DNA of 62,236 bases, counting the filler, from Fonticula-like sp. SCN 57-25 (taxonomy: Eukaryota): NCBI GenBank assembly GCA_001724245.1. It is 10 parts of 10 records of this genome, joined end to end, with 100 filler letters (N's around TTAATTAATTAA, not from the genome) between each part and the next. Parts side by side here need not be neighbours in the genome. Positions count along the whole stretch, not along the records: positions 12,503 to 18,641 come from MEDX01000481.1; positions 18,742 to 25,184 come from MEDX01000482.1; 8 more parts are not named here. One strand, given 5' to 3'. The notes under the pieces were generated by a model that did no database searches, had not been told where the DNA came from, and saw nothing but the letters and a program-made list of their open reading frames with translations. Within the stretch, counting starts at the first letter, position 1. Each line of letters begins with the position of its first letter. This document shows, in pieces, positions 12,780 through 23,696 of this stretch. The translations under genes and the position numbers were made by a program.

Positions 12780-14021
12780 CTAGTCATTGAGGCCAAAGAA
12801 CATTGTCGGTCTGTCCTTGCGGGCGCGCTTGACAAACGCCGAGTGCGTCGAAAGGCAGTTGCCGACAAATATATCTGCTTCACTGAGAACCTGCAGGTCG
12901 AGAAATTGCCTTGTCGGGAACGCCGGCTGCGCGGGCCCGAGGTGTGCCAGGTCAGCGGCCTCGTCTGTCGACACGACGACCGGAAGCGACAGCTGCTTCT
13001 CGAAAACGACCGCGAGCGCCCTGTCGTCCGTGGCAATGAACACGGACCGCGCCCCCGAGCGGCGGACGGCCTGCCTGACCCGCTCGAGGATGTGCGGAAA
13101 CGTGGGCAGGCACATGGCGCCGGTGATGGCGGCGCCGTCCGGGAGGCACTGCGGCGACGCGAGGAAAGGACTGGTGCGCGCGTCCGCTCCGCGGCACACC
13201 GACACCCACGCGGGGTTGTTCCGGAGGTGCACGCCAACGTACGGCCGCCGCAGCGAGCGGTCGATAAACTTTTCGGCCATCTCGCGGAGCACCGGGTGCC
13301 ACTCGAGGTGCGCTTGAAGTGCGCGGTTCGCGCGATCGACAGGCGCGACTGGGCCGGAATTCAGAGTCACATACGGGTGGCGTGACGCAGGAAGCGTAGC
13401 GTCCCACTTGAGCTTCGCGTCAGAAGTCATCTCCTGCACGTCGTGAGTGAGATCGCTCTTAAGGATTTGATCGCGTACCGCAAGGTCGGTCGAGATATAG
13501 TGGCTGGAGGTGAACGAGACGCCAAAGTGATCCCAAAAGAGCGCGAACGGGTTGCCCACCTTGTGGTTGCACTGTGGCGCCGGGTCGTTGAGCGCGGCTG
13601 GCGAGCGGAAGCAGTAGCCAGGGCGAGGATGCCACGCAGAGCCGTGCGACTCCATGAACGATTCGAGCGTCACCACACGGTGGTACGCAAGAATCGGCGC
13701 CATTTCAAACACCTGGTCAAAAGAAGCAAACCGGGGCGTCGTGGAGGACTCGACAAGAAGGATAAACGGCGGGATCACGAGCGTGCGATTGGCGCTCTTG
13801 GCGAGCGCCAGGGCGCCCAGCAACATGTCCACCTGGCCGCCAAACCGGCCGACGCAGGGGCAGTACAGAAGGAACCCCTCTGCTCCCTCAACATCATCAT
13901 AGCCGACCGCAACGGGGTGCTCAAACCGGCCATCCACAATGACACTACTGTGGCCGAGCGCGTGCGATGCGCACAGCAGCACCGCCGCCGCCACCACCGC
14001 TAGACCCCATGCCGTGCGCAT
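12780..14021 (-). CDS. POFUT1: GDP-fucose protein O-fucosyltransferase 1-like (GT65)
   Basis: Signal peptide, then YCPCVGRFGGQ...ALAKSANRTLVIPP, CNHKVGNPFALFWDHFGVSF, YVGVHLR, ASPQC and DLQVLSEADIFVGNCLSTHSAFVKRAR. Confidence 0.85.
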   Translation of the reverse strand: MRTAWGLAVVAAAVLLCASHALGHSSVIVDGRFEHPVAVGYDDVEGAEGFLLYCPCVGRFGGQVDMLLGALALAKSANRTLVIPPFILLVESSTTPRFASFDQVFEMAPILAYHRVVTLESFMESHGSAWHPRPGYCFRSPAALNDPAPQCNHKVGNPFALFWDHFGVSFTSSHYISTDLAVRDQILKSDLTHDVQEMTSDAKLKWDATLPASRHPYVTLNSGPVAPVDRANRALQAHLEWHPVLREMAEKFIDRSLRRPYVGVHLRNNPAWVSVCRGADARTSPFLASPQCLPDGAAITGAMCLPTFPHILERVRQAVRRSGARSVFIATDDRALAVVFEKQLSLPVVVSTDEAADLAHLGPAQPAFPTRQFLDLQVLSEADIFVGNCLSTHSAFVKRARKDRPTMFFGLND

Positions 14022-14181
14022 CCCCGAATCGGGGGTCGATTATTGGTTAAAGATTATTTTCCCGCCAAAAATTGATGAAACATGCATTGGGGGGTACTTG
14101 TGGGTAATGAATAATGACGTACTATACAAAGAGGAAACACACTGGCGAAAAAGTTACAACGTGCAAAATGGTACAGAGAAA

Positions 14182-15862
14182 TTAGTATGCGTCCGCGAGC
14201 CGCATCGCGCGCATGATCAGCGCGCCCAACTTGAGGTGATTTGTCGGTACTTCGAATGGCGGCGGCGGCCTCTCGTGCGTTCCGTTGCAGAAGCAAACTG
14301 ACCACTGGGACTGCATGAGCTCGGGCACGGACATGTGGTCGCGCTACAATTAATTGTGAGTACAGCTCATTAGTGCGCGGGCGCCGTACTGCCACCGGCC
14401 TGCAGCACGGGACGACGGTAAAGTCGTTCCCCGGAAGAACCGTCCCGTTCGTGTCGTACTGGGACGGGACGTGGACAATCGACTCCTTATGCCGGTTGGC
14501 CGCAAGGATGATGGCGTCGAGGATACCGTACGGAATGTCGTGCTCGCTGAGGACAAAGCGCTCGCCCGGGTCCTTTTCGACGTTGAAGATGAGCGGCGGG
14601 TCGTGGCGCTTTGGCGGGTCGTCCTCAAAGCCCGAGCGCGTGACAAAGTGCGCCTTCCAGGCCAGATGCCGCACAGCCATGAGCGTGTGCTCGCGCCAGA
14701 AAAAGATAAAGTCGTGCGGCCCGGTAGCGTTTGCGCCAGTGATGAGCGGCACGAGGCTCTTTCCGTCGAGCCCCAGCGCCGGCTCGAGGCCTGCGAGGTC
14801 GAGGAGCGTGGGCGCAATGTCCATGTGCGTGGCGAGGGCGAGCGACGTTTCGCCGGCGGGCACAACGCCCGGCCAGCGGACGACCGTCGGCTCGCGCACG
14901 CCGCCCTCCCACGTGCTGCCCTTGCCCTCGCGGAACGGCCCGTTGCTGCCGCCATCCGGCTGCACAGACTCTTGCTCGGCAAGCGGCTCCACGGCAAACG
15001 GCCACGCGCCATTGTCGCTCGTAAAGATGGACAGCGTCCGCTCGTCCTGGCCGATCAGGCGAACGTGTTCAAGAATGGCGCCAATCGCATCGTCCATCTC
15101 TTCGACCATGTCGCCATACGCGCCCGCGCGGCTGACACCACGCCATGAAAGCGAAGAAAAGGAGGGGATGTGCGCCTGCGGGAAGGAAAACAACAGGAAA
15201 AATGGCTGGCCGTTGGCAGTCGCATTGTCTATCACGCGGATCGCCTCGTTCACAAGGCGCGGCGTCAGCGTCGACAGATCAACCGGCTGCTCGATAAGCT
15301 CCGTCCCGCGGTACAGCGGCACGGGAGGGAAGACTGTGTCTGCGGGAGAGGAGCCGGGGTAGCCCTCGTCGTGCGCGTACGGGATACCGTAAAAAGTGTC
15401 AAAACCACGCATCGTCGGGAGAGCATCAACGTGGCCAAGGTGCCACTTGCCGATGAGGGCGGACGCATAGCCGGCGGGGCGCAGTAGATCGCCGATTGTA
15501 GCCTCGGACTGTGGCAGCGAGCCGACGGAGGAGGGGAAAAAGACGCGGTACACAAGGTCCATCGGGTATGGGTATTTTGTGTACAGGCCGATCCGGATCG
15601 GCAGGCGGCCCGTCAGCAGCGCGCCGCGACTCGGCGTGCACAGCGGCGCAGCAGAGTACCATTGAGTAAAGCGCATACCTTCGGCTGCCATCCTATCAAT
15701 GTGCGGCGTCTGGATAACAGGCGCGCCGAACGCGCCAATGTCGCCGTAGCCGACATCGTCGGCCAAAAAGAGAATCACGTTCGGAGCCGACGGCGCGCCA
15801 GCGACCGACAAGCACAAACAGCAAAGGACAGATCCTACTAGAGATAACAACGGTCGCGACAT
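14182..15862 (-). CDS. Secreted/lysosomal arylsulfatase (ARSA/ARSG-like); intron 14344-14389
   Basis: PNVILFLADDVGYGD, FGly motif CTPSRGALLTG, GKWHLG, FTSDNG and GKGSTWEGGVREP. Signal peptide from ATG at 15862. Confidence 0.92.
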
Positions 15863-16530
15863 GGCGCTAAGCGACGGACGACGAGTATGCAGGAACCAAC
15901 GTCTGTTGAAAAGACGATGACGACTGTGCTCGTAAGCCGGAAATACGAAAGAAACTTTCGAATAAGGGTAACAACTTGGAATCCGGGTGAGAAAAAGGAA
16001 AGAGCTTGAGCAGGGGAGAGAAGCGCGATCCTGTCCAGGAGACACCCCGACGACGTCACCGAAAACGATTGTGTGATGACGCCATCGTTTCGCAGCCACG
16101 CTGTCGTAAACCTCCGTCCCTGCAAACAACAACTGCGCGGGAAATACACGTGACCGGCAACGTCAACCCCACGGTCAACGAGCCGGTCGCAGACCTGTCG
16201 CGGGGTGAAAGGGTCGCATCGCAAGTGAAACTTGATGCGACGGTTAAATGGCACCCGCTTCTTCTTAATTTATTCGACAGATCGCCGCGCAGATCGATCC
16301 CTTTCGACAGCAGCCGAATTCCTGCGCTGATTCGGTCGTTATCTCACACATGACCTCTGGTAGAACTCTTATCAATCGCGATCCAGTTAAATATGATCGC
16401 GATTGGTGGCATGTGATGTTTTCTTTTCCGGGGCCACGGGGAGTCTGATACAGAGGACCTTTCTCCACTGCGCCCGCCGCGACCCGACTTTGCCTTTGGC
16501 TGTTTGACGGACACGCGAGGTAGTGCAATC

Positions 16531-17775
16531 ATGGTTGGAAAGACTGCCAAGGCCGCGACCAAGGCGTCGGCTGCGGGCGAGTTCGCCACGGTCGCCAAGG
16601 CTAGCTCTGTTGGATGGGGCGAGGCGGAGAACCTTGCTGCGCTTGACGGCGCGGCGACCGAGGCCAAGAGCGCTGAGGATCGCCGCAAGCGCCTCGTCGA
16701 CTGCCAGGGCTTTTCGCTCAAGGGCGTCTACCCGGAGCAGGGCTCGTGGCACTTCCAGCGCAAGAAGGCGATCCTTGAAAAGTACCCCGAGATCGAGAAG
16801 CTCTTTGGCCCCAACCCGTGGTCGGCGGTCGTCCTTGCGGTGGCCATCTTCCTGCATCTCTTCACCGGCTACTCGCTCATCGGCGCCTCGTGGCCCGTGA
16901 CCATTTTGGCTGCGTACACGCTCGGCGCTGTGTTTGCGTGGCAGTGCACTGCCGTGGGCCACGAGGGTGCCCACAAGAACGTGTTCAAGAACTCGACGGC
17001 CAACAAGGTGATCGCGTGCATTGCCTTCACGCCCGTGCTCAACGGTCCCTTTGGCAACTTTTGGTCGGTGGAGCACATGTACCATCACCAGGTGATCGTT
17101 GACAAGATGGCTCGCTACGGCCCCCAGAAGAACTCTCCGCTCGCCAAGGCCCTCGGCGCGCTCTTCTTCTTCCCCATTGTGAACTTTTTCTTCACCGTCA
17201 TCAGCATGATCGTCTTCCTGCAGGCGTCCGTGACGCTCGCTCTGTACACCGTCGGCCTCCGCAAGACGCCGTACCCGTCGTCCTTCAAGCTGCCCCCGTA
17301 CAAGATCTTCCCTCAGATCGTCAACAACTGGTTCATGTTCAACAGCCTGCTCTCGATCGCCTTCAACGCGGTCCTCTACGCGCTCTGGGGCTGGGACATC
17401 GCCATCTACCTCTTCCTCTCGTGCGCCTTCTCCAACGGCCTCCACCCGCTCGGCATGCGTCAGGTGCAGGAGCACTACCTCCAGCGCGAGGGCCAGCCCA
17501 CCTACAGCGTCTACTCGATCTTCAACCCGATCCTCCTCAACATTGGCATCCACGTCGAGCACCACGACTTCCCCTCTGTCGCCTGGAACAACCTCCCCAA
17601 GATCCGCAAGATCGCCCCCGAGTTCTACGATGACCTCTACTACTACAACAGCTACACGGAGGTGCTCCGCACGTTCCTCTTCACCGACGGTATCCCGATC
17701 AGCACGCTCCTCCAGGGCTTTGAGGATCTCTTTGAAATCGACGCCACCGACAGCGAGGCGAAGAAGAACATCTAG
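16531..17775 (+). CDS. Sphingolipid delta(4)-desaturase/C4-hydroxylase (DEGS/DES1-like)
   Basis: Lipid_DES-like HFQRKKAILEKYPEIEKLFG. His boxes HEGAH, HMYHH and HVEHHDFP. Also NLPKIRKIAPEFY. Confidence 0.88.
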   Translation: MVGKTAKAATKASAAGEFATVAKASSVGWGEAENLAALDGAATEAKSAEDRRKRLVDCQGFSLKGVYPEQGSWHFQRKKAILEKYPEIEKLFGPNPWSAVVLAVAIFLHLFTGYSLIGASWPVTILAAYTLGAVFAWQCTAVGHEGAHKNVFKNSTANKVIACIAFTPVLNGPFGNFWSVEHMYHHQVIVDKMARYGPQKNSPLAKALGALFFFPIVNFFFTVISMIVFLQASVTLALYTVGLRKTPYPSSFKLPPYKIFPQIVNNWFMFNSLLSIAFNAVLYALWGWDIAIYLFLSCAFSNGLHPLGMRQVQEHYLQREGQPTYSVYSIFNPILLNIGIHVEHHDFPSVAWNNLPKIRKIAPEFYDDLYYYNSYTEVLRTFLFTDGIPISTLLQGFEDLFEIDATDSEAKKNI

Positions 17776-19204
17776 AGGACAGCGCAGAATGTGCGCGCGC
17801 ACTGGCTCGCGCCAAGCCCTCTGTGATGCATGGGGGCGCCTGGCGCGCTTTCGAGCGGGCCGGGGCCTCTCCTTTTAGATTCCTTTTTTGTTTTCGGTTG
17901 GTGGACGCTTTGGTTTTTATATTGGTTTTGTTTTCCTTTATATGAGGTTTGCCCGACTATAGATGGCGACCCGAATACCAGTGTACTACATTGTGCCTTT
18001 TTGTCTTGTCTACTGTGACCGTGCTGTATGGACGCATGCCGCCCTCGCAGGCCAACGACAGTACACGAAATAAAATATTATAGTCACGTGATCAATCCCC
18101 TTTTTTCAATTTTTTTTTCGCACTTAAAAGCCCAATGTTCATGGCATCGAAGCAATAAGAAGCAGAAAGGAGTGCGGGCCAATGACCTATAACCCCCGTG
18201 CCTGTTACGTGTAGATTAGAAAAGTTTGTGTTTCGGCGTTATTTTACGAATGAAGACTTGTAGCAATGTTTCGCATGGATGAGACCTGGTCTTTTGCTTT
18301 ATGAGCATTCTTAAAACGGAAAAGGAGCCTAGATATGCGTTTAAATGATTTTCCCACAAGACGCATACGCTCAGCACCACGCAATAGACCTGCTAGGTTG
18401 TTTTGAAGGGCAGGACGCATCCACAGACGGCGTAAAAGAGACAAAATCAAAAATGAACAGTCATCATTTCGGAAATTTCCGTAATCCAATCCAAGGCCCA
18501 AAGGTGTACTCTTTAATAGGGCGGGGTGTGAATATGAGGGTACCATGGGCTGCCATCCATAGAGGCCTGGCGCTTTGATTCGCAGTCTTTTGCTATAAAA
18601 TGCAATACGCGTTTATTCCACTTACAAGAGGGGAACATAAANNNNNNNNNNNNNNNNNNNNNNNNNNNNNNNNNNNNNNNNNNNNTTAATTAATTAANNN
18701 NNNNNNNNNNNNNNNNNNNNNNNNNNNNNNNNNNNNNNNNNGATGCGAGCGCGGCACAAAGAAAAGAGGTCCAGCACGCCGTGTCATGGACAGCTTCTGC
18801 TAGAATTGTAGTTTTATGTGCCCCTGGTGAGAGTGTGCCGGTCGTACCGGGAGAGTTTTTCTTGCGAACTGCCGTGATGCGCATTTAGCTCCGTATTGCT
18901 TTTAATGACGCACTAGTCTTGTAAATAAAAACAACGCTTTATTCGAATACATGTATATTTTCCCTTACGTTATGCATGGAAGAGTATGACTTTTCACTGT
19001 ATTATATTATTTTCTTACTTTTGTGATGTTTACTTGGCGGTCAACGAGATGTTGCCAGGATGTTGCAGGCGCGGTTTGTTATCGGCCCACGTGGATGGCA
19101 GTTTGATGTCGGGCTCAAACAGCCAATCAGAGGACAGACGTCATCCTTTCAACACGTTTTTGATAAGCCGCCACGCCGCCGCCATACCGCCGACGGACCC
19201 GCTC

Positions 19205-20632
19205 ATGATGATGCCACGAGGGGCGAGGTATATGGCAGCACTCGCCTTAGTTATTGTGCTTTTCGTTTATTCGACGTATTTTGCCGTGGGGGCGAGCCAG
19301 GCTCAGGCGGCTGTCGTCGTGCAGCCGACGTGCGTGTCGCTGCCGCCCGTGCAGTGCGACGACGTCACGGGTGGCGAATTCAACACGTACGGCGGGCTTA
19401 TTCGCAACCTCGAAAGTGTCCCCGCCTCGTTCAAGGTCTGGACGTACCCGATCCCGAAGGAGATGCTGTGGAATGATGTCAATGCCAGGATGTTTGAGGG
19501 CCCTTTGAAGGACTTTGACGCCGGGTACCGCTGGGAGACACTTTTGCATCACCGCCTGTCGGGCGCGGTCAAGATCCCCGCGAGCGACACGCGCTGGCGC
19601 CAGTGGACAACCAAAGACGCTGCTACGGCGACCGCTTTCTACCTGCCGATGTATCTGGCCGGCGGCCTCACCATCACCGACGATGACCCGCGCAAGAATG
19701 AGGAGGGTATCTGGGAAAAGCGTCACAACGAGCGCGCCGACTATGCAATGAAGGTGCTGCAGCACGCGTGGGACAATTGGCCGTACTGGAACCGGACCTC
19801 TGGCATCGATCATGTGATCCTTGCCGCGATCGACCAAGGCCTCGGCCAGATGCCCGACCCCGCGTCGATGCCGACGCTCCTTAGCCATCTCCGTCAGGCG
19901 CATGTGATGAGCTGCCTCGGCGCGTACACTGCGCCGTACTTTTACTCGAACCGCGACGTTGTTCTCGCGCCGTTCGACACGCGCGAGGGTCTGAGGGAGC
20001 GCTCAATGAAGGACAATATCCCCCTGAACGACCCGTCCGACCCCGCGTCGGCGCGCAAGACGCTCGCCGTATTCGTTGGCAAGCCGCACCCGACCAACAC
20101 GTGGCCGCCGGAGATGCCGCAGTGGGGCTCACTCCGCAACCACATCTTTGAGCTCTACCCCGACGACGCCGACATCAAGCTGATCAACACGGACAAGGTC
20201 GGCTTCCTCGGCGACTATTTCAACTTTCTCGACTCGGCCACGTTCTGCCTGCATCTGCCCGGCTATTACCCGGCCCGCTGGAGCAGCCGTCTCGCTCACG
20301 TCCTTGCGTCCGGATGCGTGCCCGTCGTCCTCATCGACAACCTCGAGCTGCCGTACGAGGAGTACATCGACTGGAGCCGCGCCGTCATTCGCGTGTCCGA
20401 GTACGAGGCTCACCAGCCCGGCAAACTGCGCGAGATCCTCAAGGCGATCCCGGCGGAAGTCGTCCGCGAAAAGGCGGCCAACGTTCGCATCCTCGCGAGG
20501 CTACTGGGTGCCGACCTTGAGAACGGGCCAGACCTCACAAAAGTGCCGCGCGACCCCGACACATTTGACTTTGCCATGGCGGCGCTGGAGAAGCGCATGA
20601 GCGCGTGGCTTGGGTCGCGTACTGCCGTTTAG
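19205..20632 (+). CDS. Exostosin-family (GT47) type II membrane glycosyltransferase
   Basis: N-terminal signal anchor, FKVWTY, WPYWNRTSGIDHV, SATFCLHLPG, WSSRLAHVLASGCVPV and LPYEEYIDW. Confidence 0.88.
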   Translation: MMMPRGARYMAALALVIVLFVYSTYFAVGASQAQAAVVVQPTCVSLPPVQCDDVTGGEFNTYGGLIRNLESVPASFKVWTYPIPKEMLWNDVNARMFEGPLKDFDAGYRWETLLHHRLSGAVKIPASDTRWRQWTTKDAATATAFYLPMYLAGGLTITDDDPRKNEEGIWEKRHNERADYAMKVLQHAWDNWPYWNRTSGIDHVILAAIDQGLGQMPDPASMPTLLSHLRQAHVMSCLGAYTAPYFYSNRDVVLAPFDTREGLRERSMKDNIPLNDPSDPASARKTLAVFVGKPHPTNTWPPEMPQWGSLRNHIFELYPDDADIKLINTDKVGFLGDYFNFLDSATFCLHLPGYYPARWSSRLAHVLASGCVPVVLIDNLELPYEEYIDWSRAVIRVSEYEAHQPGKLREILKAIPAEVVREKAANVRILARLLGADLENGPDLTKVPRDPDTFDFAMAALEKRMSAWLGSRTAV

Positions 20633-21351
20633 CAGGTCAATGAACATCACACTATTTTATCATTTGCTTTCTTTGTCGACCGTATGGCATTGCACAATAC
20701 AATCTGTCAGTAGCGAGATATGTTCTTTTGAGTATGTCGCGCAAATAGGCGATAATCATGCGCATCCAAATGCGCATCCAAATCGTTTCAAAAATGAAAT
20801 AATATATTCACAAACGAAAGTATATGGACATAGTAGCCCGATCAACATCGGCGGCTGTTGCGGACTGACGTCGGGGCGCGCCACAGGCCGACCAGAGTGG
20901 GATGGCAATGCAAAACTATACTACAAAACGGTCTAGAAAATATGCCACCCCAGAGACAACTTGCGCGACCACCGCAGGTGCAGGTTCGCGTGAATGGTGG
21001 AGAGTTAGGTAGGGACAGCCATGACTAGCCGAAAGGATTCCCGCGCAGGATTCAGGGCCGTCATCGCGACCATCGGCCAAACCCATCCGGGGCACAAACC
21101 TAAAACAGACAGCCTGAATACACCCACAAGACTGTACAGTGAGCTCTAACGCAGGCTGGTACCAATGCAGGGTGGGGTGCCGAGGAACGCCCGCGCTCTA
21201 CACACCAACCCAGACGAACCACGACGGCGTTTGGCGCCGTCAATTCAGCGTACAGCTCATCGGAATGCCTCCATAACATAATCTGTGCATCCTATTACCA
21301 AAGATTTAGCCAACTGGCAATATTACACGAATACATACGCGAAATATCTAG

Positions 21352-22394
21352 CTACTTGCTGCGACGGCAACGGTGGTCGCCATCCAGTCTGCGCGGGAAG
21401 CCGAGCAGCGAGCCATTGCTGATTGGTGAAGAAACGATTCGTCTCAACAAAAGGAAAGATATACATTCCAGGGAATAGAAGCCCATACAAAGTTGTCTCG
21501 AGTTGAGACGATTATTGACACTTACTAGGCGACGAATTCGCAGCGCGAGCCTGGCTCATTCCCTGCTCTTTCCCCTCTCCGACAATGTCAGGCTAACTGC
21601 AATGGCGTTGCTTCGCTCCGCACGTACCTCGAAATAATCAACGGCTGGACCCGCAGCTTTTTTTCTTTGCAAGATGCGAACGGCATTTCAGGAAGGTGAC
21701 TTTACCATGTCTGGGCATCCCGAGGTCTGACATCGAACGACGCCGAACTGGTGACCAGGCCGGTTGCAGGCGTGACTTTCGCGTCCCTTTCCAGCTGGCT
21801 GGGCAGCGCACTCCTTTGCTGGTAGATGCCGCTCATCGGCGACAGACCGGGTTGGCGAGAGAGTTGCTCGAAGATTTTGGCGGCGGGAACTTGATCAGGG
21901 CGGTCGGCGACAAGAATGAGGGTGTGCACGTTACGCAGGCTTTGTGCCCTCTGCCATGCCACCTCTGCAATCTCGCCCACCTCTCTTTCCCCCTCCTTTT
22001 CGACAAATATTTTCATCATCAGCTGGGTGAGGTCAATGGCCAGGACCCCTCCATTCGCTGTGCTGGATGTGGGCGCGAGGCTGCGATATACGGCTGGCGT
22101 CTCCGACCTATTGGCTCGAATCGGCTCGCCGGTCGGACTTGCCAACAGCGGGGAAAATGAGAGCAGCTAATCAAGCACGCTAAATTAATTCTGCGGCCGC
22201 ATCGCCGCCGGGCCTTCGTTGTGCTCCACAACGGCGAGTTCCACCCGAGACTCATACGTCTGCCAAAAGTCCGTGCGCTTGTTGACATACGATAGCTTCG
22301 AGTGGTGGAAGCTTTCAGAGTGGGAGGTGCGCAGGCTCGTTACGAGCCGCTGGCTTTCCGGCGACTTGGTCGCGCGCCGAATCGCCTCCGACAC
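21352..22394 (-). pseudogene. Uncertain gene or relic with PIN/XRN-like nuclease motifs
   Basis: ORFs 22185-22394 and 21702-22145 share a frame but are separated by two stops with no clear donor site. Motifs VLAIDLTQL and LILVADRPDQVPAAKIFEQLSR. Donor-like sites at 21705, ~21627 and ~21526. Boundaries approximate. Confidence 0.3.
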
Positions 22395-22780
22395 CTATCG
22401 GACGACCCTCGACGGCTTGCCACATAGATGGGGCGTCGGCAGCACCAGCTCGTCGTTGCGGTGGAAAGTACAAAGTGTGGGCCAGCACCCGTCGTGGTTG
22501 CCCTGCAGGTGCAGAGCGATGCCTACCGCAACGTTTTGGTTTGAGGTTGTATTCGAAATCAAATATGAAAAACTTTTTTCCGATAAACGTTTTTGACAGT
22601 CGCCTTCGGTTTAATAAACACCTTCAAAACATCTATTGGGTTACATATGAAAAACGAAAAACAGCTCCAGGGGTGTTATTTGATTATGATACTTCCTTGC
22701 CTGACAGCATGGACGACGGTAAGAACATGACGACGCAGCGTAAACCGAGCGCATCCCAAGCAGTGACAGCATCGCTGCTA

Positions 22781-22885
22781 TAAAAGGGGGTGATGGTTTC
22801 AGTATTATTATCCCAAGGTCAATGACCTACAAAGAGCTCAAAATGGACACAGACTACATAAAACAAACTTGCCGCCGAAAGTAAA
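22781..22885. repeat. Diverged ~105-nt dispersed repeat, copy 1 (copy 2 at 25081-25184)
   Basis: Identical core TCCCAAGGTCAATGACCTACAAA with alignable flanks on both sides. Confidence 0.8.
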
Positions 22886-23696
22886 CGATCTGCCGAGCAG
22901 TTGATGCTGATATGACGAAAGCCACTCCAGGTATCCAAAACCATGTCGCGCCGCCAAACGAGCCGCCGTACAACAGCATAGTAACAAAAAAAAGGACCTC
23001 CGTGTTTCAGACGCTTCGCGGCACAGAACGACGTGGCTGACTGCCGGACGATGCGGCCGATGCCCAAGATCAAATCGAGCCGCGCAAACGAAATCGCAGG
23101 CGTGCTACATCCCAAACGACATGCGACCGCACAGGCGCCAGCGAGCAACCACCGACACTCAGAAAAGCCAATAGAGAGCAGAGATGTGTGCACGATGCTC
23201 GACAGTTCGCGCGGAATCGTGCCGCCGCCCGCCCCGGGCGGTGTGCCGCGCGCGGAAAGTAATGCGTCGATGAGGACTTTCTAAAAGCGGAATTCGGAGG
23301 GTCAAGACCAACCAGCACCTAAAGTCCGGCTTTGTCGGCATCCCCGGCGCCTCAGAGCAGGTCTGGTTCGGTCAGGTTTAAACCTGGTTCGAGCGAGATT
23401 TGTCGGATGCGCTGATTCCGGCATGTACGATGCGAGGAATGTCAACGGCTTCATAAGATCATTGCGCTGAGCATAAAGAACAAACAACAGCAAAAGTGCC
23501 GCGATTCTACACGTCAAGGTACTCGCATGTTCAAACCCAAAGTAGAAGGGCCAGAGTGGTAGACGGGGGGCATCATGGGCATGCGGAGGCCGGCGAGCGG
23601 CCGATGCTGCCGTAAATAGGCACATGGGCTCACACGATTGGATAAAAGCCGACCAATCAGAGCGTCAATCTAGACCAGCTCAGACTCTGCAGCGGG

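Noticed and set aside
14054-16132. ORF-track N- or C-terminal extensions (sulfatase 692 aa, GT47 from 18986, TBC from 29374, SURF1 from 57317)
   Set aside because: They come from non-ATG or upstream starts and intron read-through. Signal peptides and family N-termini place the starts downstream.
12780-20632. POFUT1, sulfatase, desaturase and GT47 as a glycolipid/glycan gene cluster
   Set aside because: The GT47 is on a different contig, and the other three share no pathway evidence in a gene-dense genome.
20905-21260. U3-, RNase P-, tmRNA- or telomerase-like snippets (AACTATACT, CAATTCAG, CAAAAC..CAAAAC)
   Set aside because: Partner motifs are missing (box A, the P4 5' strand, tRNA-like ends, a plausible template), so these are likely chance matches.
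22760-22830. In-frame TGA in H*PW(D/E)NN, shared by both repeat copies on the - strand, as selenocysteine or readthrough
   Set aside because: No upstream gene model, no SECIS identified and no selenoprotein motif I recognise. The other two frames explain the sequence equally well.
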